NCBI GenBank assembly: GCA_913052135.1
Contig: CAJXDY010000003.1
Span: 19,004-83,003, forward strand
Source of the DNA: an uncultured Acidobacteriota bacterium
Lineage (GTDB): Bacteria > Acidobacteriota > Vicinamibacteria > Vicinamibacterales > UBA823
Reading direction: 5' to 3'
DNA length: 64,000 nt
The notes beneath the pieces were generated by a model. The model did no database searches, was not told the origin of the DNA, and worked only from the letters and a program-made list of their open reading frames with translations. Shown here piece by piece: positions 9,331 to 19,283 of this stretch. Position numbers and translations under genes: made by a program. Within the stretch, counting starts at the first letter, position 1. Each line of letters starts with the position of its first letter.

Positions 9331-10782
9331 ATGGCGGAGAAAAATACTACATTTGTAAAGGAAATCACTCCTCAGTCAGAAGATTTTTCGAGGTGGTACC
9401 TGGATGTAGTAAGAAAAGCCGAACTCGCTGATTATTCACCAGTCAAGGGCTTGATGGTTATTCGGCCGTACGGCTATGCGATTTGGGAGTTGATGCAGAA
9501 AGCGTTGGATGATCGATTTAAAGCGACAGGACATGTTAATGCTTATTTCCCATTATTTATTCCGGAATCACTTCTAAAAAAAGAGGCTGCTCATGTTAAG
9601 GGCTTCGCACCTCAAGTTGCTTGGGTTACCCACGGCGGTGACGAAGAGTTGGATGAGCGGCTCGTTGTAAGACCAACGTCTGAAGCAATTGTAGGCACGA
9701 TGTACTCAAAATGGATTCAATCGTGGCGTGACTTACCATTACTCATTAATCAATGGGGAAATGTTGTCCGATGGGAGAAGGTGACCAGACCATTTTTACG
9801 TACAACCGAATTTCTTTGGCAGGAAGGTCACACTGCCCATGAAACCGAGGAAGAGGCTGAGAAAGAGGCCTTGCAAATGCTAGGAGTTTATAAAGACTTC
9901 GCTAAACGTGAACTCGCGATGCCTGTTGTGGAGGGTAGAAAGAGCGAAAGCGAGAAATTTGCAGGTGCAGTGCATACGTATTCGATAGAGGCTTTGATGG
10001 GTGATGCTCGTGCACTCCAGGCTGGGACTTCCCATCACTTAGGGCAAAACTTTGCAAAGGTCTTCGACATCACGTTTCAGGCTCGTGACAAATCCGTACA
10101 GCACGTTTGGCAAACTTCATGGGGTTTGTCCACTCGTTTGGTTGGTGGTGTTGTCATGATGCACGGCGATGACAGTGGTCTGGTCTTACCACCTCGGGTC
10201 GCCCCACACCAAGTCGTGATCGTTCCAATTCAACGTGGAAACTGGAAAGAGACCGTTCTACCACACGTCACAGCTGTTGAGCAGCAGTTACGAGATGCCG
10301 GTATTCGAGTCAAACTTGACGACCGGGAAGCCTATACTCCAGGATGGAAATTTTCTGAATGGGAAATGCGAGGTGTTCCCTTGCGTCTAGAGATCGGCCC
10401 TAAGGATGTCGAAAAATCTCAAGTCGTGTTGGCACGCCGTGATACGAGGGACAAAATTTCGACGTCGCGAGACAACTTGGTGATTTCCGTCCAGACGCTT
10501 CTTAGAGAAATCCAAGATAATTTATATGAACGAGCCTGTCACTTTTTGGAGCAGCGGACGATTCGTACAGAATCGTATAAAGACTTTACGGAAATGATGC
10601 AAGGAAGGCCAGGGTTTGTAATTGCACCGTGGTGTGGTGATAGGTCTTGCGAAGAGCGAATTAAGGCTGCAACACAGGCAACGATTAGAAATCTACCGCT
10701 TGATAAATCTGAGGTGAATGGTACGTGTATAGCGTGTGATTTACCAGCGCACGAAGAGGCTTATTTTGCGAAAGCCTATTGA
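9331..10782 (+). CDS. proS: Prolyl-tRNA synthetase, archaeal/eukaryote-like type
   Basis: The start F..WY.....AEL.DYSPVKG..V.RP.GY..WE is ProRS-like and class II motifs are present. At 483 aa there is no bacterial INS editing insertion. The C-terminal Cys-rich module (CGDRSCEE...CIACD) ends in ...AYFAKAY, a terminal Tyr typical of this ProRS type. Confidence 0.92.
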   Translation: MAEKNTTFVKEITPQSEDFSRWYLDVVRKAELADYSPVKGLMVIRPYGYAIWELMQKALDDRFKATGHVNAYFPLFIPESLLKKEAAHVKGFAPQVAWVTHGGDEELDERLVVRPTSEAIVGTMYSKWIQSWRDLPLLINQWGNVVRWEKVTRPFLRTTEFLWQEGHTAHETEEEAEKEALQMLGVYKDFAKRELAMPVVEGRKSESEKFAGAVHTYSIEALMGDARALQAGTSHHLGQNFAKVFDITFQARDKSVQHVWQTSWGLSTRLVGGVVMMHGDDSGLVLPPRVAPHQVVIVPIQRGNWKETVLPHVTAVEQQLRDAGIRVKLDDREAYTPGWKFSEWEMRGVPLRLEIGPKDVEKSQVVLARRDTRDKISTSRDNLVISVQTLLREIQDNLYERACHFLEQRTIRTESYKDFTEMMQGRPGFVIAPWCGDRSCEERIKAATQATIRNLPLDKSEVNGTCIACDLPAHEEAYFAKAY

Positions 10783-10796
10783 ACCGCTCGGTAGTC

Positions 10797-11621
10797 TCAC
10801 TTCGTTGATTCATCGTCGAGGGAACGTTTCCTAAATACGTGGGCAATCAGAATGCTTAACCCGTAAAGCATGATCATTGGCACTGCCATGGCCGTTTGTG
10901 TTACTGGATCAGCAGACGGTGTGAGTATTGCAGCGATGATGAAAATAATTAGAATTGCGTACTTCGTGTTTTTGATAAGGAATTTTGGCGTCACTAGCCC
11001 GAGGCGTGCCAAGAAGAATATAAGGGTTGGCAGTTGGAAGACAATTCCCATGGCCAGGAGCATCTTGACGTAGAGTGAAAAGACCGGACCAATTTTTGGC
11101 AAGAACTCCATGTAATCCGTTGAGAAACCCGCAAAAAACTTCCAGGCTAGCGGAAAAACAGCATAATGTGAAAATAGAGCTCCCACGATAAAAAACATTG
11201 TGGAAAAAACAACAAAAGGGATCGCGAATCGCTTTTCGTTCTGAAACAAGCCAGGGGAAATGAAGAGCCAGACTTGGGTCAAGGTGTATGGTGTCGCCAG
11301 CACGAGACCTGCTAGTGCAGCAATCTTCATGTAGAGGAAGAAAGCCTCACCCGGTTCAGTGTAGATGAGTTTTCCACCCTCTGGGAGCACCTGCTGCAAC
11401 GGCACCATGATAAATTCGAAGATATATTTAATAAATCCAAATGCAATTAGGAACCCGGCGAGAATTCCCAGCACCGTGCGGACCAAACGTTTTCTGAGTT
11501 CATCTAGGTGATCCAGAAATGACATCCGACCAGCTGACGAATCATCGGCAGGATCGGCATCTCCTGGTGGTAACGGAGCGAGTTCGCCAGAGGGTGTTTC
11601 GGATTTTGATTCCAACGCCAT
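10797..11621 (-). CDS. tatC: Twin-arginine translocase subunit TatC
   Basis: MSFLDHLDELRKRL and six predicted TM segments match the TatC family pattern. It is adjacent to tatA. Confidence 0.9.
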   Translation of the reverse strand: MALESKSETPSGELAPLPPGDADPADDSSAGRMSFLDHLDELRKRLVRTVLGILAGFLIAFGFIKYIFEFIMVPLQQVLPEGGKLIYTEPGEAFFLYMKIAALAGLVLATPYTLTQVWLFISPGLFQNEKRFAIPFVVFSTMFFIVGALFSHYAVFPLAWKFFAGFSTDYMEFLPKIGPVFSLYVKMLLAMGIVFQLPTLIFFLARLGLVTPKFLIKNTKYAILIIFIIAAILTPSADPVTQTAMAVPMIMLYGLSILIAHVFRKRSLDDESTK

Positions 11622-11641
11622 CGAGAATTAATCAACCACCT

Positions 11642-11941
11642 TTACGACTGACTCTTACTTGGCGTAGTAGGCGTTGATGCCGGAGGTGTCTGACTTTCGT
11701 CGTTTGTATTATCTTTTTCAGCTATTGGATCGTTTTTTGGAGTGTTGAGCGGTGGTGTTTTGTGCTCTTCGACACGGATCTCTTCCTCCAAGGTATTCCT
11801 TAAATCGTTTGAAGCCCGCTTGAATTCACCGATACTCTTGCCAAGAGATTTACCAAGTTCAGGCAGCTTACGTGGTCCGAAAATAATTAAAGCAATTACA
11901 AATATGATGATAAGTTCGGGCATTCCGATTGAACCAAACAT
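11642..11941 (-). CDS. tatA: Twin-arginine translocase subunit TatA/E
   Basis: MFGSIGMPELIIIFVIALIIFGPRKLPELGKSLGKSIGEFKRA is a canonical TatA TM helix plus amphipathic helix. A Pro/Thr-rich tail follows. Confidence 0.88.
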   Translation of the reverse strand: MFGSIGMPELIIIFVIALIIFGPRKLPELGKSLGKSIGEFKRASNDLRNTLEEEIRVEEHKTPPLNTPKNDPIAEKDNTNDESQTPPASTPTTPSKSQS

Positions 11942-12180
11942 CGCCTACCACTCCTTCGTTAGCACGTTTGACTGTTGTCGGCTTCAAGATCACAAATGAT
12001 TACACCGACATCTATGGTAATCAGCAACTCGACAGCAGAACCCTCGGCATGAGGGTTTCCAGCACGTGCAAGTAACTGATTGCATTATAGAAACGTCCGC
12101 TTCTCTGGTCAAGCAGTCTGGTATCTGTCAGCGCTTGGAACTAATTGTTGGATAGGGGCTTATCTGTTAGTATCGAGTTT

Positions 12181-13800
12181 ATGAGAATGCTCGGATCTTC
12201 CTCCCTTGCGGTCTGGGCTGTGTTCCTTTCAGCGGTCACAGGCGGTTTGTTTGGTGGGCGAGTATTAGCAACCCAAGATAGTAGTTTCGAAAAATATAAA
12301 GTTTTTGCGACAGCTCTGTCAGTTATTGAGGAAACCTACGTTGGGGATGTAGACTCTGAGCGCCTCGTATACGGTGCTATTAACGGAATGCTTCAAAAAC
12401 TCGATCCACATTCGAGTTTTATGGATCCTCGTTCGTACTCGCAAATGCGTGAACGACAGGAGGGACGTTATTATGGCCTCGGCATCACGATCCAGGTTCG
12501 TAATGGTGACATCTCTGTTATCTCACTATTCGAAGGGTCGCCCGCCTACCGACAGGGGATTCGACGTGGTGATGTCATCGCGAGGATTGAAGAAGAGGAT
12601 GTCAAGGGTTGGACTAGTGACCAAGCAGTACGACGGTTGCGAGGTCCTAAAGGATCGACGGTTAACATCTCCATTCGCCGCGAGGGCTACAACGAGCTAA
12701 TTCCACTTACGGTCGAACGAGATGAAATCAACATCCCCACGATTCTCGGTGCTTTCATGGTTGATGGTTCGACGGGATACGTGCGTTTACGTGATTTTTC
12801 AGAGACGACTGATCGCGATTTAAGTAGCGCATTGCACGACTTGTCCGGTCAGGGGATGAAGCAGTTACTGCTCGATCTAAGGAATAACCCCGGTGGACCA
12901 CTTGACCAGGCCATTAAGGTGGCAAACCGATTCCTCGCTCGTGGGGACATGATTGTCTATACACGTGGGCGAATTCAGAATTCCGACCAGGATTATCATG
13001 CCAGTGAAGACAGTGATTTTACTGAGTTGCCATTGGTAATACTGGTGAATAGAAACAGTGCTAGTGCTTCGGAAATTGTTGCCGGTGCGGTGCAAGACCA
13101 TGATCGTGGCTTAATCGTTGGAGAAACAACGTTTGGAAAAGCTCTGGTGCAGTCAGTCTACCGTATAAGCCAAGGAGCTGGACTTGCTCTAACGACGGCA
13201 CGCTATTACACGCCCAGCGGACGACTCATTCAACGTCCGTGGGACGGTGAGTTTTCTGAGTATTTGACTTACTCTCTTCGTGAGCAAGAAGTGGAGCGTG
13301 ATCATGAGATCTCTGATTTAAAGTACACGTCTGGGGGTCGTCAGGTCTATGGCGGCGGCGGCATTGAACCGGATTTTTTTAAGCCTGGCCCTATAGAGGG
13401 TTTTGTTCCAACTGAATTTGGGAGATTACTTTACGCTCGGCAGACATTTCCTCGTTACGCGCAAAAGTACTCCGCATATGGCGACACGCGTATTACTGCG
13501 ACGGCGACAGGCCGTGAGACGGTTTCGCGAGGTTTTGAAGTGTCTGATGCGATGATGCATGACTTTAAATCGTTTTTGGGCGGTGAGCGGATCTCGATTA
13601 ATGAAGAATTATTTATGAATGACAGATTGTTTATCCGCAGTATGATTCGCTATGAAATTGACCTGGCTCTATTTGGGATCGTCGAAGCTCGTCAAAGGTT
13701 GTTGAACGATGACCCACAGGCTTGGTATGGCCTCAGCCGGTTCAAGGAAGCCCAGGAACTTTCGCTTTTATCGAAAAACAAGACTTTAGTGAATCCCTGA
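12181..13800 (+). CDS. ctpA: C-terminal processing peptidase (S41 family, PDZ-containing)
   Basis: A PDZ domain (GLGI.IQ...D..V.SLFEGSPA...GIRRGD.I) is followed by the S41 catalytic region NRNSASASEIVAGAVQDHDRGLIVGETTFGKALVQ. The start is uncertain between the track's TTG 12145 and ATG 12181, which gives a signal-like MRMLGSSSLAVWAVFLSA. Confidence 0.85.
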   Translation: MRMLGSSSLAVWAVFLSAVTGGLFGGRVLATQDSSFEKYKVFATALSVIEETYVGDVDSERLVYGAINGMLQKLDPHSSFMDPRSYSQMRERQEGRYYGLGITIQVRNGDISVISLFEGSPAYRQGIRRGDVIARIEEEDVKGWTSDQAVRRLRGPKGSTVNISIRREGYNELIPLTVERDEINIPTILGAFMVDGSTGYVRLRDFSETTDRDLSSALHDLSGQGMKQLLLDLRNNPGGPLDQAIKVANRFLARGDMIVYTRGRIQNSDQDYHASEDSDFTELPLVILVNRNSASASEIVAGAVQDHDRGLIVGETTFGKALVQSVYRISQGAGLALTTARYYTPSGRLIQRPWDGEFSEYLTYSLREQEVERDHEISDLKYTSGGRQVYGGGGIEPDFFKPGPIEGFVPTEFGRLLYARQTFPRYAQKYSAYGDTRITATATGRETVSRGFEVSDAMMHDFKSFLGGERISINEELFMNDRLFIRSMIRYEIDLALFGIVEARQRLLNDDPQAWYGLSRFKEAQELSLLSKNKTLVNP

Positions 13801-14212
13801 GACATTCTGTAAACCCACCCCTTTTTCGTTTCACAAGCCTTGGCGACAGCTTTGGATAACAATATTTTGTGGGGTAAATTACTCTTGCCCCAAGGGGTAG
13901 CACCTTGGTACACTTAGCCCAATAAAAGCATGGAAACTGGGCCTGTATGTAGATTCCAGAATGAGGAGCTGGAGTCACGGTATTTGTCGCTAAATGCGGT
14001 ATTTAGTCGTTTTAGGCCGGTGGTGATGGATATGTGCCTACCTCGGTCGAGGGGGCAGTTAGTGGTCATTTTACAATATGGCACCCCTCTAGGTTCCGAT
14101 GAGGAATTTCCAGCCGTTCGTCGGCGTTCGATTACGTCCAACCGCACGGCTAGTTTTACGTACGCGGATGTTTAACTGGCTTGGCATATTTATTTGGTGA
14201 GGAGTCAAGGGA

Positions 14213-17200
14213 ATGCAGCAAGGTATTCAACTGCACAACCTGGAGATCTCGGGTTTCAAAAGTTTTCCAGACCGTTCTGAATTGGCATTTGATCAAGGCG
14301 TAACGGCTATCGTCGGCCCAAACGGATGCGGAAAGAGCAACTTGGTCGACGCTATTACCTGGGTGCTTGGTGAACAGAGTGCCAAAAGTTTACGGGGCTC
14401 CAGGATGGAGGATGTGATTTTCAGCGGTAGTGATGGCCGCAAGCCGACATCTGCAGCCGAGGTCAAACTGTTGTTGAAAGGCGTGGTTTCTGCCAGCAAT
14501 GGTAACGGGAATGGCCACAATGTCCCTGTTGCGGTTGAGCACAGCGATGTGCCGGTGGTGACTCAAGATGCAGAATTAGCGGGAGTTAGATCTCGTGATG
14601 TCGTTGTTTCAAGGCGCCTCTATCGTTCTGGTGAAAGTGAATACCTCATTGACGGTAAAGTGTGTCGCCTTCGTGACGTTCAGGATCTCCTGATGGATGC
14701 GGGTGTTGGCGTTAAGGGCTATGCGGTCATCGAACAGGGCAAGATTGGACAGATTTTAAGCGCACGCGCACATGATCGTCGGCTCTTGATAGAAGAAGCT
14801 GCGGGTGTAACGAAATATAAGAGTCGACGTCATGCTGCCGAGTTAAAACTAGACGCAGCACAGCAAAACTTGGTTCGTGTTGAGGATATTGTCTACGAGG
14901 TTCAGAAGCAGCGGAATGCTTTAAAGAGACAGGCTGCAAAGGCTCGTCGATATCGACGGTTGCGTGACGAATTGCGTAAATGGGAGAAAGTTGGATTTGC
15001 GCATCGATATCAGTTGTTAGGTGAGACGGTAGAGGCTGCGCGTCTCGAACTTGCGGAAGCACGTTCCCGAGAAGAGGTCGCTGCAGACAGTCTCTCCCAG
15101 GTCGAAACGCGCCAAGAGCAGTTGCGTGTCAAGTTGGCTGAAAGTGAAACCAAGGTCACGTCCAATCGTGACACCGTTCATGCATGTGACCTTGATATTA
15201 AAAAACGGCAGCAGCAGATCGAATTTGATAAAGAACAGATCTCAAATTTAAATGTAACGTTGCAGGAATTACGTAGTGAAGTTAGCAATCTCGAATTACG
15301 TCAAGAGCCGGCGGGTATCGATCTTACAGAACGTCGAAAGAACGCTGATTTAGTGAGACGTGAGCGAGATCAGGTTGCTCAGCAATTGTCGGAAGTTGAA
15401 GTTGAGAACCTAGGGATTCGGCAAACTGTAGAAGATAAGGAGACAGGTGTTGAGGCGTGCCGAAGTGATGTGTTCTCAGTTATTAATACTGCGACCACGC
15501 TGCAGCATGCTTTAGAGCACGCAACAAATGCCCAAACGAGACTTTTTGATGACTTAGCTAAGATTGATATTGAAAACCAGGATGTGCAGTCTGAAACTGA
15601 GCAACTCTCAGCGACCCATCAAACGATGGCTGAAGCACGTGCTCTTGTGCAGAAGGATCTAGATGCAGTTTTAGAAACTTATGGCAAGTGTCAACGTGAA
15701 TTATCTACGCTTCGTGAGCAACATAGTGCCTTACTTGACAAGGCTAATACATCTGATCGCGATATCGCGACTCTTGCAGCGCGTCTGCAGTCTCTCGAAG
15801 AATTAAGTGCGGCACGAGCCGGTTACATTGACGGTGCACGGTTTATCCTTTCGCAAAAGAGTGAAACCATTCCTCATTTAGGATCAGTTGCTGATTACGT
15901 CAACGTCGCTCCTGAGTACGAATGTGCTGTTGAAGCTTGTTTGGGAAATCTGTTGCAGTACGTTGTAGTGTCTCGGCATGTTCATGCGACGGAGTGGTTG
16001 GCGTACATTCGCAAGGAAAAACCAGGTCGTTGTGGATTTCTGGTGGTGGATGACTCACCTGTAGAAACTGAACAATCTGAAAATATAACGCCTGCAGAAC
16101 TCTTGTCGGTGGAATCTGTCGTTAAAGTTGAGGGCCCATACGCAGCGGCTATCCGTGAAGCCATTCGCGTAGTCGCTGGGCAGATTGCGATTGCTAAAAC
16201 TCCTGAGCAGGCGATAACGGTTGCCGGCCAGACAAGTCGACAGATTGTGACATTGTCAGGAGATATTTTCAGTGGTTCAAGATTGGTATGTGGTGGAGGT
16301 AAGACTGAGGCGCTTGGGATACTGGCCACTAAACGAGAAGTGAAAGAGCTGCAGAGTAAACTGCTAACTATGCGAAGTAAGGCAGAGGTCATCACGGCCG
16401 AACTTCAAACACTCAACCATGCGCAGGTCGATCTCGAGTCAAAGATTGCAGGATTTGACGGGGATCAAAGAAAGCATGAGAAAGCATTACTTGAGTATGA
16501 CCTGCAGTTAGGAACCTTGGGTAACGAGTCGTCCCGCCTTCAACGTAAACAAGACCTTCTTAATATTGAACGGCAGAAAGCTGAAGAAGAACAACAGAGT
16601 ATTAAGACTCGCCAGGGTGAAGTCCAAGAATCGCTTGAACAGATAGGTCTGAAAAAACTGAGGGCAGATGAGCGTTTGACGCTGGCCCAGCAAGACTTGT
16701 TTCAAGCCAAAACTGAGATTGAAGTGTTGAGACAACGGCTTGCAGAGTCTAAGGCTTCCTATGCAGCCTTGACAGAGCGTTCTGCGGCAACCGAGACTGA
16801 TGTACACAGGCTCGAGGAATTAGTAACAGACCTTGAGGCAAGGTTAGCAGCGCAAACGGAAGCAGTGGGTCGGGCCGAAGCTCGATGTGAATCGTTACAC
16901 TCTGGTATTGAAAGTACTGAGGAAGAATTGGCCAGAGAGGTTGCAAATTTTGATTTGCTTCGTTCTGCTGTGAAGTTAGGATCCGACGAAGTGCTGGAGT
17001 TGCGTCGCGATTTTAGCGCCTTGGATGAAACTATTAGAACATCACGATCTGAACTCGATGAGATTCGCGATAAGGTTGGTCAATTCAAGGTTTCTTGTGC
17101 CACAGCGGAGGCAGATTTATCACATTTGAGTAACTCCTGCCTTGAAGCTACCCAGCTGGATCTAGACACTGTTGTTGCTGAGGTGGCCCAATTGGAGTCG

Positions 17201-17998
17201 GACGGTGCAATTCAGTCCGATATTGATACGGCTGACACTCATGATGATCTCGAAGAAGAGGCTGATTTTTCAGACACAGAAGCTATTGATGATAGCGTAG
17301 GCGCCAACTTGCACCTCGATAGCGAGAGTTCAGAGTCTGCGTCTGAGCCTCGTCCACTAACGGCAGATGAAATGATCGTGCGAATTCGTTCGAAAATCGA
17401 TCGACTAGGTGCCGTGAATATGATGGCTATTGACCAATTCGATGAATTGGAAACTCGGCATGCCTTCTTGACGTCGCAACAGCAAGATCTCCTGGACTCG
17501 ATTGCAGCAACTACCACTGCTATCAAAAAAATTAATAAAACCACTAAAGAACGTTTCCAAGAGGCGTTCGAAGCGATTAACACACACTTTCAGTCTACAT
17601 TTTCAACTTTGTTCGGAGGAGGGCGGGCTGGTTTAGTCTTGCTTGACGAAACTGATGTTCTCGAAAGTGGAGTAGATATCATTGCACAGCCACCCGGTAA
17701 GCGTTTACAGAGTGTTCAGTTGCTTTCAGGTGGGGAAAAAGCGATGTGTGCTATGGCGCTTATGTTTGCCATTTTTAAATACAAACCAAGTCCATTTTGT
17801 CTGCTTGATGAAATTGACGCACCACTAGATGACGCAAACATTGGCCGCTTCATTGATATGTTGCGTGGGATGCAAGATCATACCCAGTTCATTTTGATCA
17901 CACACAACCGCAAAACGATGGAAATTGCCAATCGTCTTTATGGGGTGACCATGGAAGAACCGGGCGTGTCCAAACTCATCTCAATGCAGGTTACCTGA
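14213..17998 (+). CDS. smc: Chromosome partition protein SMC
   Basis: The Walker A motif is GPNGCGKSN. Long coiled-coil arms flank a hinge. The C-terminal head has the signature [16 protein letters not shown] and Walker [20 protein letters not shown] is upstream of ATG 14213. Confidence 0.93.
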   Translation: MQQGIQLHNLEISGFKSFPDRSELAFDQGVTAIVGPNGCGKSNLVDAITWVLGEQSAKSLRGSRMEDVIFSGSDGRKPTSAAEVKLLLKGVVSASNGNGNGHNVPVAVEHSDVPVVTQDAELAGVRSRDVVVSRRLYRSGESEYLIDGKVCRLRDVQDLLMDAGVGVKGYAVIEQGKIGQILSARAHDRRLLIEEAAGVTKYKSRRHAAELKLDAAQQNLVRVEDIVYEVQKQRNALKRQAAKARRYRRLRDELRKWEKVGFAHRYQLLGETVEAARLELAEARSREEVAADSLSQVETRQEQLRVKLAESETKVTSNRDTVHACDLDIKKRQQQIEFDKEQISNLNVTLQELRSEVSNLELRQEPAGIDLTERRKNADLVRRERDQVAQQLSEVEVENLGIRQTVEDKETGVEACRSDVFSVINTATTLQHALEHATNAQTRLFDDLAKIDIENQDVQSETEQLSATHQTMAEARALVQKDLDAVLETYGKCQRELSTLREQHSALLDKANTSDRDIATLAARLQSLEELSAARAGYIDGARFILSQKSETIPHLGSVADYVNVAPEYECAVEACLGNLLQYVVVSRHVHATEWLAYIRKEKPGRCGFLVVDDSPVETEQSENITPAELLSVESVVKVEGPYAAAIREAIRVVAGQIAIAKTPEQAITVAGQTSRQIVTLSGDIFSGSRLVCGGGKTEALGILATKREVKELQSKLLTMRSKAEVITAELQTLNHAQVDLESKIAGFDGDQRKHEKALLEYDLQLGTLGNESSRLQRKQDLLNIERQKAEEEQQSIKTRQGEVQESLEQIGLKKLRADERLTLAQQDLFQAKTEIEVLRQRLAESKASYAALTERSAATETDVHRLEELVTDLEARLAAQTEAVGRAEARCESLHSGIESTEEELAREVANFDLLRSAVKLGSDEVLELRRDFSALDETIRTSRSELDEIRDKVGQFKVSCATAEADLSHLSNSCLEATQLDLDTVVAEVAQLESDGAIQSDIDTADTHDDLEEEADFSDTEAIDDSVGANLHLDSESSESASEPRPLTADEMIVRIRSKIDRLGAVNMMAIDQFDELETRHAFLTSQQQDLLDSIAATTTAIKKINKTTKERFQEAFEAINTHFQSTFSTLFGGGRAGLVLLDETDVLESGVDIIAQPPGKRLQSVQLLSGGEKAMCAMALMFAIFKYKPSPFCLLDEIDAPLDDANIGRFIDMLRGMQDHTQFILITHNRKTMEIANRLYGVTMEEPGVSKLISMQVT

Positions 17999-18057
17999 GA
18001 GGCTCACTACAGGCCTGATAGCTGTCATTGAATAATTCTTACTTATCTTGTTGAAGA

Positions 18058-19218
18058 GTGAACGAAGATAAAGCTGCCAGGTATCATCGTCTACGGCGCC
18101 GCGCATCAATATTCTCACTTATCACTAGTGTCTCGATGCTTCTTTTCCTAATCGGATCTGGAAGCAATGAGATCATACGTGATTTTGCCCAAGATTTTGC
18201 TGCTGCTCTGGGCGCACCGTCTTTTATCAGGTCTATTGCTGTCGCTTGTTTGTCTGCAATCGCGTTGATTGTGCTCCATGAAGCGCTAATACTGGGACCA
18301 CACCTCTACACTGTGAATCTTGAACGTCGATATGGCTTGACCACAGTTTCTCTTGGAGTATCAGTTATTGATCATCTCAAGGCCATGATTTTCACTCTTC
18401 TAGTTACTTCTCCAGTTGTGGCAAGTGTCTACATCGCCATGCGATTCTGGCCTAGTTTATGGTGGCTCTTTGCTGGGATCCTTTGTTCACTTGTAATGGG
18501 TGGCGTGATGAGAATAGCGCCAGCTGTGTTGTTACCAAGACACACACGCTTCGTACCAGTTGGTCGTCATGTTCTGTGTCAACGTTTAAAAGATCTCTCC
18601 AAGCGTGCTGGCACCACCACGCTTGGAGTGTATGAACTTCGTGTAGGAGGACGAAATCGAAGAGCTAATGCGACCGTCGCAGGGTTTGGTGATACTTGTA
18701 GTATTTTCCTTTCCGATACACTCATACAGAATTACTCGGATGACGAGATCGAGGTTGTGCTAGCACACGAACTGGCGCATCATTTACATGGCCACATTTG
18801 GTTTAGTCTAGTTTGTGACTCGTTAGTTCTGCTTGCAGGATGTTTTAACGCATCAGTGGTGTTACCTATATTTGTCAACCACTTTGGATTACAGAGCATT
18901 GATGATGTGAGCGGATTACCGCTGCTCGTGCTCGTGGTTGGTCTAACTGTGCTGTCTGGTCAACCGATCATCAACCTAATATCGAGATATCAAGAACGAC
19001 TTGCCGATCGTAAGGCACTGGAAATGACTAGGAAGCCCACTGCATTTATATCCGCACTTCGGCGTCTCTGCGCCCAAAACCTTGCTGAGTATCGGCCATC
19101 CCGTTTAAATGAAGTTCTTTTTCATGCCCATCCGTCCGTTGCTCATCGGATTGCAGAAGCTCAGCGCTGGGCTAAACTGGAGGGGAAAAATGTGCGGAAT
19201 CAAGCGGCCGCTGGTTGA
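18058..19218 (+). CDS. M48 family zinc metalloprotease, membrane-bound
   Basis: HELAHHLHGH is an HExxH zinc site. Several TM helices flank it, in an Ste24/HtpX-like architecture. GTG start. Confidence 0.7.
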   Translation: MNEDKAARYHRLRRRASIFSLITSVSMLLFLIGSGSNEIIRDFAQDFAAALGAPSFIRSIAVACLSAIALIVLHEALILGPHLYTVNLERRYGLTTVSLGVSVIDHLKAMIFTLLVTSPVVASVYIAMRFWPSLWWLFAGILCSLVMGGVMRIAPAVLLPRHTRFVPVGRHVLCQRLKDLSKRAGTTTLGVYELRVGGRNRRANATVAGFGDTCSIFLSDTLIQNYSDDEIEVVLAHELAHHLHGHIWFSLVCDSLVLLAGCFNASVVLPIFVNHFGLQSIDDVSGLPLLVLVVGLTVLSGQPIINLISRYQERLADRKALEMTRKPTAFISALRRLCAQNLAEYRPSRLNEVLFHAHPSVAHRIAEAQRWAKLEGKNVRNQAAAG

Positions 19219-19250
19219 TTAGCACCAAGAAGTGTGCGTCAAAGGACCAT

Positions 19251-19272
19251 TTCTCCAGATCTGCCTGGAGAA
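19251..19272. terminator. Hairpin between convergent M48 and pnp genes (possible bidirectional terminator)
   Basis: TTCTCCAG-atctgc-CTGGAGAA forms an 8-bp stem, followed on the plus strand by gcTTTGTT. The T-tracts are weak on both strands. Confidence 0.35.
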
Positions 19273-19283
19273 GCTTTGTTGGC

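Noticed and set aside
13801-14212. RNase P RNA, tmRNA, SRP RNA or a tRNA in the 413-bp gap. The size would fit rnpB or ssrA.
   Set aside because: The nearest thing to the universal CR-I GAGGAAAGUCCGGGC is GAGGAAUUUCCAGCC (about 14101), which has too many mismatches. There is no ACAGAAcccGGCUUA-type CR-IV, no SRP domain IV GGAA-loop motif, and no CCA-proximal acceptor/T-arm. The T-loop-like GTTCGATTACG lacks a paired 5-bp stem.
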